NCBI GenBank assembly: GCA_038087875.1
Contig: CM075987.1
Span: 24,368,001 to 24,432,000, forward strand
DNA from: Malacoraja senta
Taxonomy: Eukaryota
DNA length: 64,000 bases
Direction of reading: 5' to 3'
The notes below the pieces were generated by a model. It saw only the letters and a program-made list of their open reading frames with translations, was not told where the DNA came from and made no database searches. The stretch's first letter is position 1, and each line of letters starts with the position of its first letter. Below, in pieces: positions 39,986-52,009 of the stretch. The translations under genes and the position numbers were made by a program.

Positions 39986-40653
39986 TTCACGGTGACTCAC
40001 CCATTCAGCTCCACTATGCACCATGTAACAGTGGACAGACTGGCTGATCCAGTGAACAGCTTATCTGTGTCAAAGGTGATATTCTGAGTAGTCAAATGCC
40101 AGCAACAAGCTACAGGAGACATTTTCCGACGATCGAGATTCTGCAAATGTTTTAACAACCAACTTTAAGCATTGTATAACTCACTTGTCAGGAGTTTGTG
40201 GATCTGGCCTTTTTTGGTGAATATAATGCAGTCCCATAACTTTCACTAAAAGCTTCAGTTTGTATTAACTTTTTCATTCTGTTGCAGGAATACGTTGTGC
40301 ATCTTGGGAATCTATCTAGAGGAGCAGAATCAGTTGGCAAGTCCGGAGAATATGAAAGGCCATCAAATTAGCAGCCCATAAAACCTGGACATAGGTTGAA
40401 CCTGTTAATGGAAGATATCTGGATCTGCGCAAACTTTGCCAATAGGACAATTAAGTGAACACATGAAACCTGTTATAAATACAGAAAATGTTGGCAGCCC
40501 TCAGCAGAACTGGCAGCACTTGTGGAAAGCAAAGCTGACAATATTCCAAGTCAAAGTCCATTCATTTGGAACTGGGGGAATACTAGTTGGTTTTAGGTTG
40601 CCGAGAGTGCGGAGGATGTATGGATGGATGGAATGAAGACAATTGATGCTTAC

Positions 40654-40892
40654 AGGGCCTGTCCCACTTGGCGATTTTTTCGGTGACTGCCGGCATCATA
40701 TCAGGGTCGCCAAAAGATTTTGAACATTTCAAAATCGAGCGGCGACAAAAAAAATGTTGCGACACTTGAGGAGACACACCGTGCGTCAATACATTATCAC
40801 GCCGCGTCACCGCTGCAAATTTTTCGGTGACCTGATACGTCAGTCAATGATGCCGGCAGTCACCGAAAAAATCGCCAAGTGGGACAGGCCCT
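40654..40892. mobile_element. Harbinger-type MITE
   Basis: Long TIR AGGGCCTGTCCCACTTGGCGATTTTTTCGGTGACTGCCGGCATCAT. Confidence 0.88.
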
Positions 40893-43800
40893 TTTTCCAC
40901 TGACAAAGACAATGAGCTGCGATACTTGTTGGTTCATTTTGTTGGTTCACATGCTTGACCAATGGTGTTTTATCATTAATATCTTATTATTATTAATGTT
41001 TAGTGTTTTCTGAGTCATTCGTAACTGTCACTGTATGTCATGTTGTCACTTGTGGGCGGAGCACCAAGGCAAATTCCTTGTATGTGAATACTTGGCCAAT
41101 AAACTTACTTACTGACTTACTTACTTACTTACTTACTAAATACAAAGAGGCAAGAGGTATAGAAGTGTGAAAACGCACACCTCCAGGTTCAGGGACAGTT
41201 TCTTCCCAGCTGTTATCGGGCAACTGAACCATCCTCTCAACAACAACCAGAGAGCGGTCCTGCGCTCCTGTCATCATGAAAAGGGGGTCAAATAATGAGA
41301 GGAGTTTAAAATGTTTAGAGTTTAATTTTTTATTATCACAGCTCGGTAAGGTGAAAAGGTTTTTTTGTTGCATGCTATCCAGTCAATGTAAAAACTATAC
41401 TTGATTACAATTATGCCGTCCACAGTGTACAGATACAGAATAAAGGGTATATCATTTAGTTCACGATAAAGTCCAATTAGAGATAGTTCAAAGGTCGCCA
41501 GTGCGGTAAATGGGAGGTCAGGACCGCTGTCTAGTTGGTGAGTGGATGGTTCAGTTGCCTGGTAACAGCTAGGAAGAAACTGTCCCTGAATCAGGAACCA
41601 GGGGCCACAGATTAAGAATAAGGGAGTAAGCCGTTTAGAACGGAGACGAGGAAACACTTTTTCACACAGAGTTGTGAGTCTGCGGAATTCTCTGCCTCAG
41701 ATGGCGGTGGAGGCCGGTTCTCTGGATACTTTCAAGAGGGAGCTAGATAGGGCTCTTGAAGATAGCGGAGTCAGGGGATATGGGGGGAAGGCAGGAACGG
41801 GGGGGGGTATTGATTGTGGATGATCAGCCATGATCACAGGCTGGCTTGAAGGGCCGAATGGCCTACTCCTGCGTCTATAGTCTATTCCTTCTCTCCAGAG
41901 ATGCTGCCTGTCGCGCTGTTACTGCAGAATTTTGTGTCTATCTTAGTAACTTTGCAGCTGTAGAAGAGATACAACCGCTGTATTTCAGTAGTATTAGTGC
42001 ATCCTTGTGAAAACTCCAAGTAACCCTGTCAGCGTTTGCTACACTCCCCCTCAAACATTGCAATTAATAAACGATTCCTTTTGGTGGGTTTCAGATCATA
42101 CTATTTTGGTAATTGGACCCATTAAGTAATTCATGCGCAGAAGGCAAGTCTAGGCTTAATTCTGTTATTTATTGTTCGGCAGCCTGGCCATCAACAGTTG
42201 TTTTCTCTTTATTGTTGACAGTGTATAGTTAATGTTCCAGATGAAGCCATTACACTCGCATGTTGCATGGGATTTGCTCCGTGCATTGAGGATTACACAT
42301 GATGTATTAGGCTGCTATCCCACAGCTGCCTTCAGTGTTGTGCAGAAACACTTCCAGGACTTATTCAACCCTCAGCTTTGAGCTTCTTCAGCTTCTGACT
42401 GCGTGTCAATAAAAACTCCTGGGCTTATAACGGCCACTTAAAAAAAAAATAATCTCCCATTTTTTAGACATTAACATTCCCGGGCAAAGAGGGGAACATT
42501 TGATAGATAAATCTGACATCTGGTTTTACTTCAGCGGGCCATCGCTCCAGCATTCAGTAACAAGTTATTTTGCACTGTTCCTCTGGGTAACCAGAGGCCC
42601 CCTTTTCCAACGTTTAACATCCATAACCTTGGTGCTTCTCCACTTCACTAAACATGTAGCAGTTCTCTTATTTGGATTGGATGGACTGCTTATAGATAGT
42701 TCACGTCATAGGAGTAGAATTAGGCCATTCGGCCCATCGAGCATACTCCGCCATCCAATCATGGCTGATCTCTTCCTCCTAATCCCATTTTCTTGCCTTC
42801 TCCCCATAACCCTTGACTCCCATTCTAATCAAGAATTTGTCTATCTCTGCCTTAAAACTATCCACTGACTTGGCGTCCGCAGCACTCTCTGGCAATGCGT
42901 TCCACAGATTAACTACCCTCTGACTAAAGAAGTTCTTCTTCAACTCCTTTCGAAAAGAGCGCCCTTTAATTCTGAGTCCTAGACTCTCCCACCAGTGGAA
43001 ACATCGTTTCCACGTCCACTCTATCTATGCCTTTCATTATTCTGTAATTTTCAATGAGGTCCCCCTTCAACCTTCTAAACTCCAGCGAGTACAGGCCCAG
43101 TGCTGTCAAGCGCTCATCATAAGCTAATTACTACACGTGATCTAATTTCAATGGCCTAAAGAGGTCGGACAAGAAGCTCCAAATTTAATTTCTGCTTCGT
43201 TGGTCGACGTTCCTTTGCGATTTTTCTTTTCCCATCTCAGTGAAGTGAATCTGATGATCCTGGAGAGTATGTAGTAAAGATTTTACTAGAAAGAGAGAAG
43301 CTGGGGTGGTTCTCTTCAGAAGGTAGGGCTGCCAAAGAGGTTCGGTCAAAGGAACAACATTTTGGTGACGCTGGAGTTACTCCGCGGGTCAGGCAGCATC
43401 TCTGGAGAACATGGGTAGGTGACGTTTCGGTTCGGAACCCTCCTTCAGACCAAAAGTAGAGTGGGGAGGGAGGAGGGAATGAACTGGAGATGATAAAAGG
43501 CCAGAACAAATCAGGGGCTGGCAATAGGTGACCTAGGAAGGGTGGAGCCCACAATGATCCATTGTTGGTTGGGGGAGGTGTGATACGAGGATGCGATCAG
43601 TGGAACTGGTAGGACGACTAGGGTAGGGGAGAGGTGGGAGAGAGGGGAGGGGAGATTAGAGAAATCAATGTTCATATTGCAGGCTTGTAAGCTGCTCCAG
43701 CATCTGTAGTTTCTTCCTAAACATTTGGCCGATGGTCACCCACGCAGGTGAATTGACCCATTCGGTCTAACGTCCTTTTAGTCTGATGACCAACGCATCC

Positions 43801-44869
43801 AGGGGGAACCACTAATATAATCTCCAGAAGTTGCATTTAGGTGCACCAGGAACAGGAGGTTTTGCATGGGACTCAACTCAACCCAACTCAAGTGAGATGG
43901 ACAGGAAGAAACTGCATCCTCTAGTGAGATGGAGTTTCCTAAACTGAACCGAGCCCCCATATTCACATTCACAAGTTATAGGAGTAGAATTAGGCCATTC
44001 GACCCATCCAGTCTACTCCGCCATTCAATCATTGCTGATCTCTGCCTCCTAATCCCATTTTCCTGCCTTTTCCCCATAACCCTTGACACCCGTTCTAATC
44101 GAGGATTTGTCTATCTCTGCCTTAAAAATATCCACTGACTTGACCTCCACAGCCCTCCACAGTTCCACAGATTAACTACCCTCTGACTAAAGAAGTTCCT
44201 CCTCACCTCCTTTCTAAAAGTGCGCCCTTAAATTCTGAATATTCTGTGCTGGGAGGCAGTTTGTATTTCAGGATCTTCATTGGAACTGACATTCGTCTGA
44301 AATATAGTCTTCAAAACACTTCTTAAGTTTATATTTTGTGTTAAAAGTGTGTGTGATTTCATTATTTTATGTACAAAATCAGAATAAAATTTCACACACT
44401 GACCATTTTTAAATTGCATATTGGTTTTACTTTGATTGCTGGTGGCTCCATGTGTCCTAGTTTCAAAAAACAGCGCTGTTTCCTGGCTGCTAACCAGACA
44501 CAAAATCTTTGAGTGACTATATGGGGAAATATATTGAAATATAATGTGGATGCAAAAGATCGGCAGAAAATGACAACCATCATGACTGCATTATCTGAAC
44601 AGCTCATACATAGAAGACAGGATTCTTACGATCAAATATGAGATTGTTTTGCAATGGTAAATGTATAATGTGATAAAATATAGAATTTCTAAGTACTTAA
44701 CAAAATAACACATAAAGTCATAAGGAATAGGAGTAGAATTAGGCCATTCGCCCCATCAAGTCTACTCCGCCATTCAATCATGGCTGATCTATCTCTCTCT
44801 CTCTCCTAACCTCATTCTCCTGCCTTCCCCCCTTAACCTCTGACACCTGTACTAATCAAGAATCTATCT

Positions 44870-45025
44870 GCCTGTCCCAGGGACTAGTTGTAATGGAATT
44901 CACCTACGACACCTGGAGACAACCTACGACAGCAAAAATTGTTGCCACAGTCGCCGAAAAATTTTCAACATGTTGAAAATTTTGCAGCATTCGCCCCAAA
45001 AAATCGCCTAAGTGGGACAGGCCCT
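44870..45025. mobile_element. Deleted Harbinger-type MITE
   Basis: gcctgtccca at the left and AAGTGGGACAGGCCCT at the right; interior related to 50033-50473. Confidence 0.65.
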
Positions 45026-45606
45026 GTGTCTCTGCCTCATACCAGCAATGCGCAGTAAAGTCATCTAGCGCATGTTCAGCTGACCTGTTTTCTATTTCGA
45101 GAAATAATTTGGGGCTTTAACTCATCGGATTGAGGGAAGCACGGTGACGCAGCGGTAGAGTTGCTGCCGTACAGCACCAGAGGCCCGGGTTTGATCCTGA
45201 CTACGGGTGTTGTCTGTATGGAGTTTGCATGTTCTGCCTGTGACCCCGTGGGTTTTCTCTGGGTGCTCCGGCCTGCTCCCACACGCCAAAGACGTACCGG
45301 TCTGCAGGCTACTTGGCTTCGGTAGAATTGTACATTTTTACCTAGTGTGTGCAGGGTAGTGCTAGTGTAGAGGGTTCGCAGGTCGGCGCGGACTCTAAAC
45401 TAAACAAAACTAAACTAAGATGATGTCACTATAATATTACCCACGCCGCATGGACCCACTGCTTCTCTGTCTTTACTGAGAAGGAATGGGTAATGTATCG
45501 GGTCGAGACCCTTCTTCAGTCTGGTTTAGGATAAGGGAAACGAGAGATATTGGAAATGATGTAGAGAGATAAAGAACAATGAATGAAAGGCTATCCCGCT
45601 GAGTTA

Positions 45607-46530
45607 AGGGCCTGTCCCACTTGGACAACCTAATCCACGAGTTTAGAAGACCCTAGACGAGTTGAAAAAAATGTCAAGGTCGTGTTGACTCGCTGAAGTA
45701 AAAGACCTCCTATGACCTCCTACGACATTGTCTACGACCTCCTACGACATTGTCTACGACCTCCTACGACATTGTCTACGACCTCCTACGACAATGTCTA
45801 CGACCTCCTACGACATTGTCTACGACCTCCTACGACATTGTCTACGACCTCCTACAACAATGTCTACGACCTCCTACGACCCCCCTCGACCTCAGTCTTC
45901 CACACCTAAGACCAGCTACGAGTGGAAAATTATCACAGGATAAAATGATGCCATGTTTGCATTTTTTTTCTCGGGCCAGTTACCGACCTACGACTATCTA
46001 CGACTACCATCACGACCTACTATGACCTACCTACGACCTACCTGCGAGTAAAAAGTATCAATTTTTTCCATGCCGACCTTTTTTTTACTCGTGGACATTT
46101 TTTTCAGGCTGGAAAAAACGCGGCGAACGACTTGAGGCCACGAGTACGCGGAGACCACTCACGAGCACGAGGAAGAATTACGACGACCTCCTCAGACCTC
46201 CTGTGACGTCGTGACGACCATGCTGCGTGTATGAGTCAAGGGCAAACTCGGCAGAGGTCGCCAATTAGGTCGTGAAAGTGGGACAGGGGCTTAACTCAGC
46301 GGGTCAGGCTGCATCTCTGGAAAATACTGACAGGTGACGTTTCAGGTCTGAAGAAGGATCCCGTACCGAAACGTCACCTATCCATTTTCTCCAGAGAAGC
46401 TGCTTAACGCAGTGAATTATTTCAACATTTTGAGTTAATCTATGGTTCTTGATTTCCTGTACCTTGGGTCAAAGATACTGTGTATTCATCCATTCAGCAC
46501 CAATTAGGTCGTGAAAGTGGGACAGGGGCT
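45607..46530. mobile_element. Composite MITE (copy B) with captured flank and duplicated right terminus
   Basis: Left TIR at 45607; right TIR ending 46291; 46292-46498 matches the right flank of copy A; second right terminus at 46500-46530. Confidence 0.85.
45715..45868. repeat. 22-bp minisatellite x7 inside MITE
   Basis: Unit ACCTCCTACGACA(T/A)TGTCTACG. Confidence 0.95.
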
Positions 46531-46963
46531 TAACTCCAGCTTTTTGCGTCTATCTTCGGTTTAAACCAGCATCTGCAGTTCCTTGTTACACTTTGTCTTT
46601 ACTGTAATACCTTTCTTGCAGAGAGATATCCCCAGTGTAATTTTCCATCACTTGTGATCTAGTGCATGCTACAGAAGCCGATACAGTTGCATTCTAATAA
46701 TAACTAATGACAGGCAGATAGAACGAAGATTAACAGTAAATCACAAGTCACTGGTTGAATTTCCAGAACAGTTTCTCTTGTCGTTTCCTCTACAAGCGGG
46801 CATTTCACAATGCTTCTGAAGTTACTGTAGACAAGCAGGAGACTTCAGTGACAATTCTGTCCCCAGCACTTAACAGCGGACAAGAAAGCCATTTGGACAA
46901 TGAAACCTATGCTGACACTCACTCTTCAGTTGCAATGTATTGAAATCTTATAGATATAGATAT

Positions 46964-47078
46964 GGGGTGGGAGATTGCAACCTTCACGTGGTCCACCCTG
47001 TTTCGACTAATGCGACATGCACAAACAAAAGATCAAATAGAACAAGTTGACCAACTTTAGGCTGTGCATGCCATAGGC
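46964..47078 (+). mobile_element. Second, more decayed copy of the HDV-ribozyme short retroelement
   Basis: Homologous to 48427-48573. P1 GGGGTGG/CCACCCT pairs fully and J4/2 is CTAA. 9-bp TSD aatcttata at 46944-46952 and 47079-47087. Confidence 0.8.
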
Positions 47079-47203
47079 AATCTTATACTTCAGTCCTCCA
47101 TCTGTATACCGGGATGAATTTCATTCTAATATTTATAGATTAGCCTTTTTCAGTCCCCTTTAACAGCTGTTTGTAGCCAAATCAAATACCTGGGTAATGC
47201 TTC

Positions 47204-47745
47204 GGAGGGAACTGCAGGTGCTGGTTTTACAGCAAAGGTGGACACAAAATGCTGGAGTAACTCAGCGGGACAGGCAGCGTCCCTGGAGAGAAGGAATGGG
47301 TGGCCTTTCGGGTCGAGACCCTTCTTCAGACTGAGAGTCAGGGGAGAGGGAGACACAGAGATATGGAAGGGTGAAAACGAGATATCAAAGGGGTTGAAGG
47401 TCAAGGAAAATGAAGATTAGACCGTTGTTAGATAGGGGAAGGTGACAACGAGGCATACAACAATGAAATTTAATCAGGTCAGTCAGACTGGTCGGAGAAC
47501 TAGGATGAGGGAGGGATGGAGATAGAGGGAAAGCAAGGGTTACTTGAAGTTAGGGAAATCAATATATATATCACTAGGTTGTGAGCCGCCCAAGCAACAT
47601 ATGAGGTGTTGTTCCTCCACTTTGTGCTGGGCCTCACTCTGACAGTGGAGGAGGCCCAGGACAGAAAGGTCAGTGTGGGATGGGAGGGAGAGTTAAAGTG
47701 TTTAGCAACCGGGAGATCGCGTAGACCCACGCGGACTGAGCGGAG
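47204..47745 (-). mobile_element. Penelope-like element 3' end
   Basis: Frameshifted DLPVAKHFNSPSH...EAQHKVEEQHLI (GIY-YIG C-terminus) followed by the terminal repeat. Confidence 0.8.
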
Positions 47746-48426
47746 GCGGGCAATGATGTTTGTTCACCAAGACAGACACAAAATGCTGAAGTCACTCAAC
47801 GGGTTAGGCAGCATCTAAACGACCAGAATAATACTTGACTTGACTTGACTTGAGCATGTCTGGAGAACATGAATAGTGACGTTTCGTGAAGGGACCCATC
47901 TTGGGTCCCGACCTGTAATGTCATCTATCCATGTTCTGCATTTTGTGTCTTTCACTGGTAAACCAACACCCGCTGTTTCTCGTATCTCGTACAGATCCGC
48001 CACCAATTTTCCAGCTACTGGTGGTCGAGTCCCCCCCCCCCCTCCTCCCTCTTAATCCGGACAAAATCTTCCCCCCAAAAATCCCCCAGAAAATGTGGCG
48101 CCTAGGCCAAGTGAGGCGGCTGATCCCTACCTCAATTGGACTTCTGCGCCGATCGGCGGGCCGAATTTGCCACCTGCGGCCGGGGCTATGGAACTCTAGA
48201 CTGGCCGCAGCCGGCAAATCCATTCCCATAGCCACAACAGCAGCCGACTTTATCAGGCAACAGAACCATCCTACCGCAACCAGAGAGCAGTCGTGAACTG
48301 CTATCTACCTCATCGAGGACCGTCGGACTATCTTGGATCAGACCTCGCTGGCTTTACCTTGCAGTAAACGTGATTCCCTTATCATGTATCTGTACATGTG
48401 AATGGCTCATTGTAATCACCTATTGT

Positions 48427-48480
48427 GGGGGGGGAGATTGCAACCTTCACGTGGTCCGCCCTGTTTCGACGAATGCAATC
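48427..48480 (+). ncRNA. Minimal HDV-like (double pseudoknot) ribozyme, predicted
   Basis: P1 GGGGGGG/CCGCCCT (one mismatch, G.U first pair); P2 GATTGCA/TGCAATC; P3 ACC/GGT; L3 TTCACGT; P4 reduced to about GTTTCGA; J4/2 CGAA with putative catalytic C48470. Confidence 0.75.
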
Positions 48481-48573
48481 AACCTGGCGTGCACAATCAA
48501 ATAAGATCAAATAGAACAAGTTGTCCTACAACTTTAGGCTGTGCACGCCATACGCAAGAAGAAGAAGAAGAAG
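48427..48573 (+). mobile_element. Short non-autonomous retroelement with 5' HDV-like ribozyme fold and (GAA)n tail
   Basis: 13-bp TSD aatcac(c/g)tattgt at 48414-48426 and 48574-48586. The ribozyme fold spans 48427-48480 and the tail is ccatacgc(aag)n. It is inserted into a Rex1-like 3'UTR. Confidence 0.85.
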
Positions 48574-48834
48574 AATCACGTATTGTCTTTCCGCTGACTG
48601 GTTAACACGCAACAAAGGCTTTTCACTGTACCTCGGTACACGTGACAATAAACTAAACAGAACTGACAACTGACTTTGCGGGCCGGTATCTCGGCCCCCA
48701 AGGAGGTGATCCCCGTTGGTCTGGCAAAACGGATAATCCACCTTGCTGTCCTTGTGAAAGCTTTTAGTGACGTTTCAAGATTATATTTTTCAGAATGTAG
48801 AGAGAGGATTTTTCCACTAGTGAGAGAGTCTAGG

Positions 48835-49593
48835 ACAATAGACAATAGACAATAGATGCAGGAATAGGCCATTTGGCTCTTCGAGCCAGAACCGCCCTTC
48901 ACTGTGATCATGGCTGATCATCCCCAATCAGTACCCCGTTCCTGCCTTCTCACCATATCCTCTGACTCTGCTATCTTTAAGAGCTCTATCTAACTCTCCC
49001 TTGAAAGCATCCAGAGAATTGGCCTCCACTGCCTTCTGAGGTAGAGAATTCCACAGATTCACAACTCTTTGGGTGAAAAAGTTTTCCCTCATCTCCGTTC
49101 TAAATGGCTTACCCCTTATTCTTAAACGTAAACCAGAGTCCATAGCCTCAGAATAAAACAAATTTATTCTTATTCTTTATTCTTATTCTTAAACTGTGGC
49201 CCCTGGTTCTGGACTCCCCAACATCGGGAACATGTTTCCTGCCTCTAGCGTGTCCAATCCCTTAATAATCTTATATGTTTCAATAAGATCCCCTCTCATC
49301 CTTCTAAATTCCAGAGTATACAAGCCCAGCCGCTCCATTCTCTCAGCATATGACAGTCCCGCAATTCTGGGAATTAACCTTGTGAACCTACGCTGCACTA
49401 CCTCAATAGCAAGAGTGTCCTTCCTCAAATTTGGAGACCAAAACTGCACACAATACTCCAGGCGTGGTCTCACTAGGACGCTGCACAACTGCAGAAGGAC
49501 TTCTTTGCTCCTATACTCAACTCCTCTTGCTATGAAGGCCAACATGCCATTCGCTTTCTTCACTGCCTGCTGTACCTGCATGCTTACTTTCAT
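48835..49593 (-). mobile_element. CR1 LINE 3' fragment
   Basis: QQAVKKANGMLAFI, RPRLEYCVQFWSP and FFTQRVVNLWNSLP motifs; (acaatag)n tail. Confidence 0.92.
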
Positions 49594-49709
49594 TAAGGGC
49601 AAGAGACTCCATGCATCTGCCCCGATCTATTCCTCTCATGATTTTATACACCTCTACAAGATCATTGCAGTACATTTCTTACCAGCTGGAACATTTCTCC
49701 TACAATTAC

Positions 49710-49893
49710 CTTGGACCGAGTTCATCTTCACTGCGCCACCCAAAGTCTCCAAATTTTTCATAGTGTGAGTTGTAATGATGTATCACTCGATATACCATGG
49801 GGGACGAGATCTCCATCAGCATATTGTAGGCTGTTTGCTGCTCTTTCCCACTGGTGTAACCGTTAAATAGACTGTAGATTATCTCCGATATTT
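49710..49893 (-). CDS. ASTN2: Astrotactin-2-type gene, penultimate coding exon (184 bp); not in the ORF track
   Basis: tttttattgcAG|AA ATA TCG...GGT CCA AG|GTaatt translates to (E)[60 protein letters not shown](R). It contains the astrotactin signatures [10 protein letters not shown] and [22 protein letters not shown]. Phases match both neighbouring exons. Confidence 0.93.
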
Positions 49894-50032
49894 CTGCAAT
49901 AAAAACGTAAGGGAGTTAGAAACAGCTTACCCGCCACTCTCTGTGTCAAACATTAGTCTGGCATATAGTTCAGAGATACAGCGTGGAAATGGGCCCTCCG
50001 GCCCACACCGACCAACGATCCCCGCACATTAA

Positions 50033-50473
50033 AGGGCCTGTCCCACTTAGGCTATTTTTAGGCGACTGCCGGCGACTGTCATAGTCGTAGCCGGTCGCCG
50101 AAAACACGGCGACTGGACCCCCCCTACGACATAAAATTTGAAATATAATCATAACTTTAACAACAAAAACAAAACAAAGTCAGCACCGGCGACAACCTAC
50201 GTCATCCTGGCGACAACCTACGCTAACCTGGCGACAACTACGACAGCACCTACGTCAGGAGAAGTCAAGCTACGCTCATTGGCGTCAAACCCATTGCCAC
50301 CGACTGTCTCCGAAAATTGTTCAACACGTTGAAAATCCAGCGGCGATCAGAAAGACGCTACGACTCTTTTGGCGACTGAGGAGACTTCTCACGACCATAC
50401 AGGCGACACCCCAGCGACCATGTGGCGACAGCCTGTAGTCGCCTAAAAAAATTGCCCAAGTGGGACAGGCCCA
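50033..50473. mobile_element. Harbinger-type MITE nested in a SINE (about 49965-50706, minus strand)
   Basis: TIRs with TSD TAA (50030-50032 and 50474-50476); the SINE sequence resumes seamlessly across it. Confidence 0.9.
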
Positions 50474-50889
50474 TAACACCACCCGACACACACTAGGGAC
50501 AATTTTACATTTATACCAAAGCCAATTAACCTACAAACCTGTACGTCTTTGGAGTGTGGGAGGAAACGGAAGATCTTGGAGAAAACCCACGCAGGTCACG
50601 GGGAGAAGGTACAAACTCCGTACGGACAGCACCTGTAGTCAGGATCAAGCCCGAGTCTCTGGCGCTGCAAGGCAGTAGCTCTACTGTAACGTCACTGTGC
50701 CATCCCACATCTACTTCAAACTTTCCCCCTCTGACCTAAAAGCTGTGCCCTCTAGTATCTGACATTTCCATCCTCATATTTGTCCAAATTAAACTCCATC
50801 TGCCATTTCTCTGCCCATTTCTGTGTATAACTGATTGAAATCCTGCTGCATCCTTTGACAGCCTTCTTCACCATCCGCCACTAACTAGT

Positions 50890-51192
50890 AGGTGGCACGG
50901 TGGCGTAGCGGTAGAGTTGCTAACTTACAGTGCCAGAGACCCGGGTCCCATCCTGACTACGAGTGCTGTTCTGTATGTAGTTTGCACCTTCTCCCCGTGA
51001 CCTGCGTGGGTTTTCTCCGAGATATTTGGTTTCCTCCCACACTCCAAGGACGTGCAGGTTTGTAGGTGAATTGGCTGGGTATAAATGTAAATTGTCCCTA
51101 GTGTGCGTAGGATAGTGTTAGTGTACAGGGATCGCTGGTCGGTGCGGACTCGGTGGGCCGAAGGGCCTGTTTCCGTGCTGTGTCCCTAAACT
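50890..51192 (+). mobile_element. tRNA-derived SINE (HE1/V-SINE-like)
   Basis: A box TGGCGTAGCGG, core and CR1-like 3' end. Confidence 0.88.
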
Positions 51193-51349
51193 CGAAGAAC
51201 TCCAAACTCTATCCACAACTGCACCAATCTTTGTATTGCCTGTAAAATTGTGAACCACCCCATCAACATTTTCGTCCAAGTAATTTGTATACATCAGAAA
51301 CAAGCATTGTGCATAGTTCTGGGTTGCCTCAAGTATTGTGCATAGCTCT

Positions 51350-51566
51350 GGTCCCACTTTCACGACCTAATCCGCGACCTTTTTTACTCGTGGACATTTT
51401 TCATCAGGCTAGAAAAAACGCCCCGACCTACTTGATGCCACGAGTACCTACGACTAGCATCACGACCTACCTACGACCTCCTACGGCCTCGTGACGACCA
51501 TGCTGTGAGTATGAGTCAAGGGCAAACTCGGCAGAGGTCGTGAATTGGGAAAGTGGGACAGGCCCT
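51350..51566. mobile_element. Harbinger-type MITE (same subfamily as 21983-22189, opposite orientation)
   Basis: gtcccactttcacgacc ... aaagtgggacaggccct. Confidence 0.8.
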
Positions 51567-52009
51567 TTACTATAGGAAAGATGTCGTTCAACTGGAAAGG
51601 GTGCAGAACGGGACCACAAGGATGTTACCAGGACGGGACGGCTTGAGTTACAGGGGCTAGATAGACTGGGACTGTCTTTTCTGGAGTTTTCGAGGGTTGT
51701 GGGCAGTACCCTTATAATCATGAGAGCTTAGATAAGTGGCATGGCCACAATCTTTTTCCAAGTTACATGAGTCTAAATCTAAAGGGCATAGATTTAACAG
51801 GAGAGCGGAAAGCTTTAAATGAAGCCTGAGGGGCAACATTTCACACAGAGGGTGGGTGGTGGGTATGTGGAATGAACTGCCAGAGAAAACTGGAGAAACA
51901 GGTACAATTATAATTTTTAAAGACATTTGGACAGGTAAATGGATAGAAATGTTTTGAGAGATATGGGCCAAATGGGACTAGCTCAGGTAGACACTTTGGT
52001 CGATATTGT

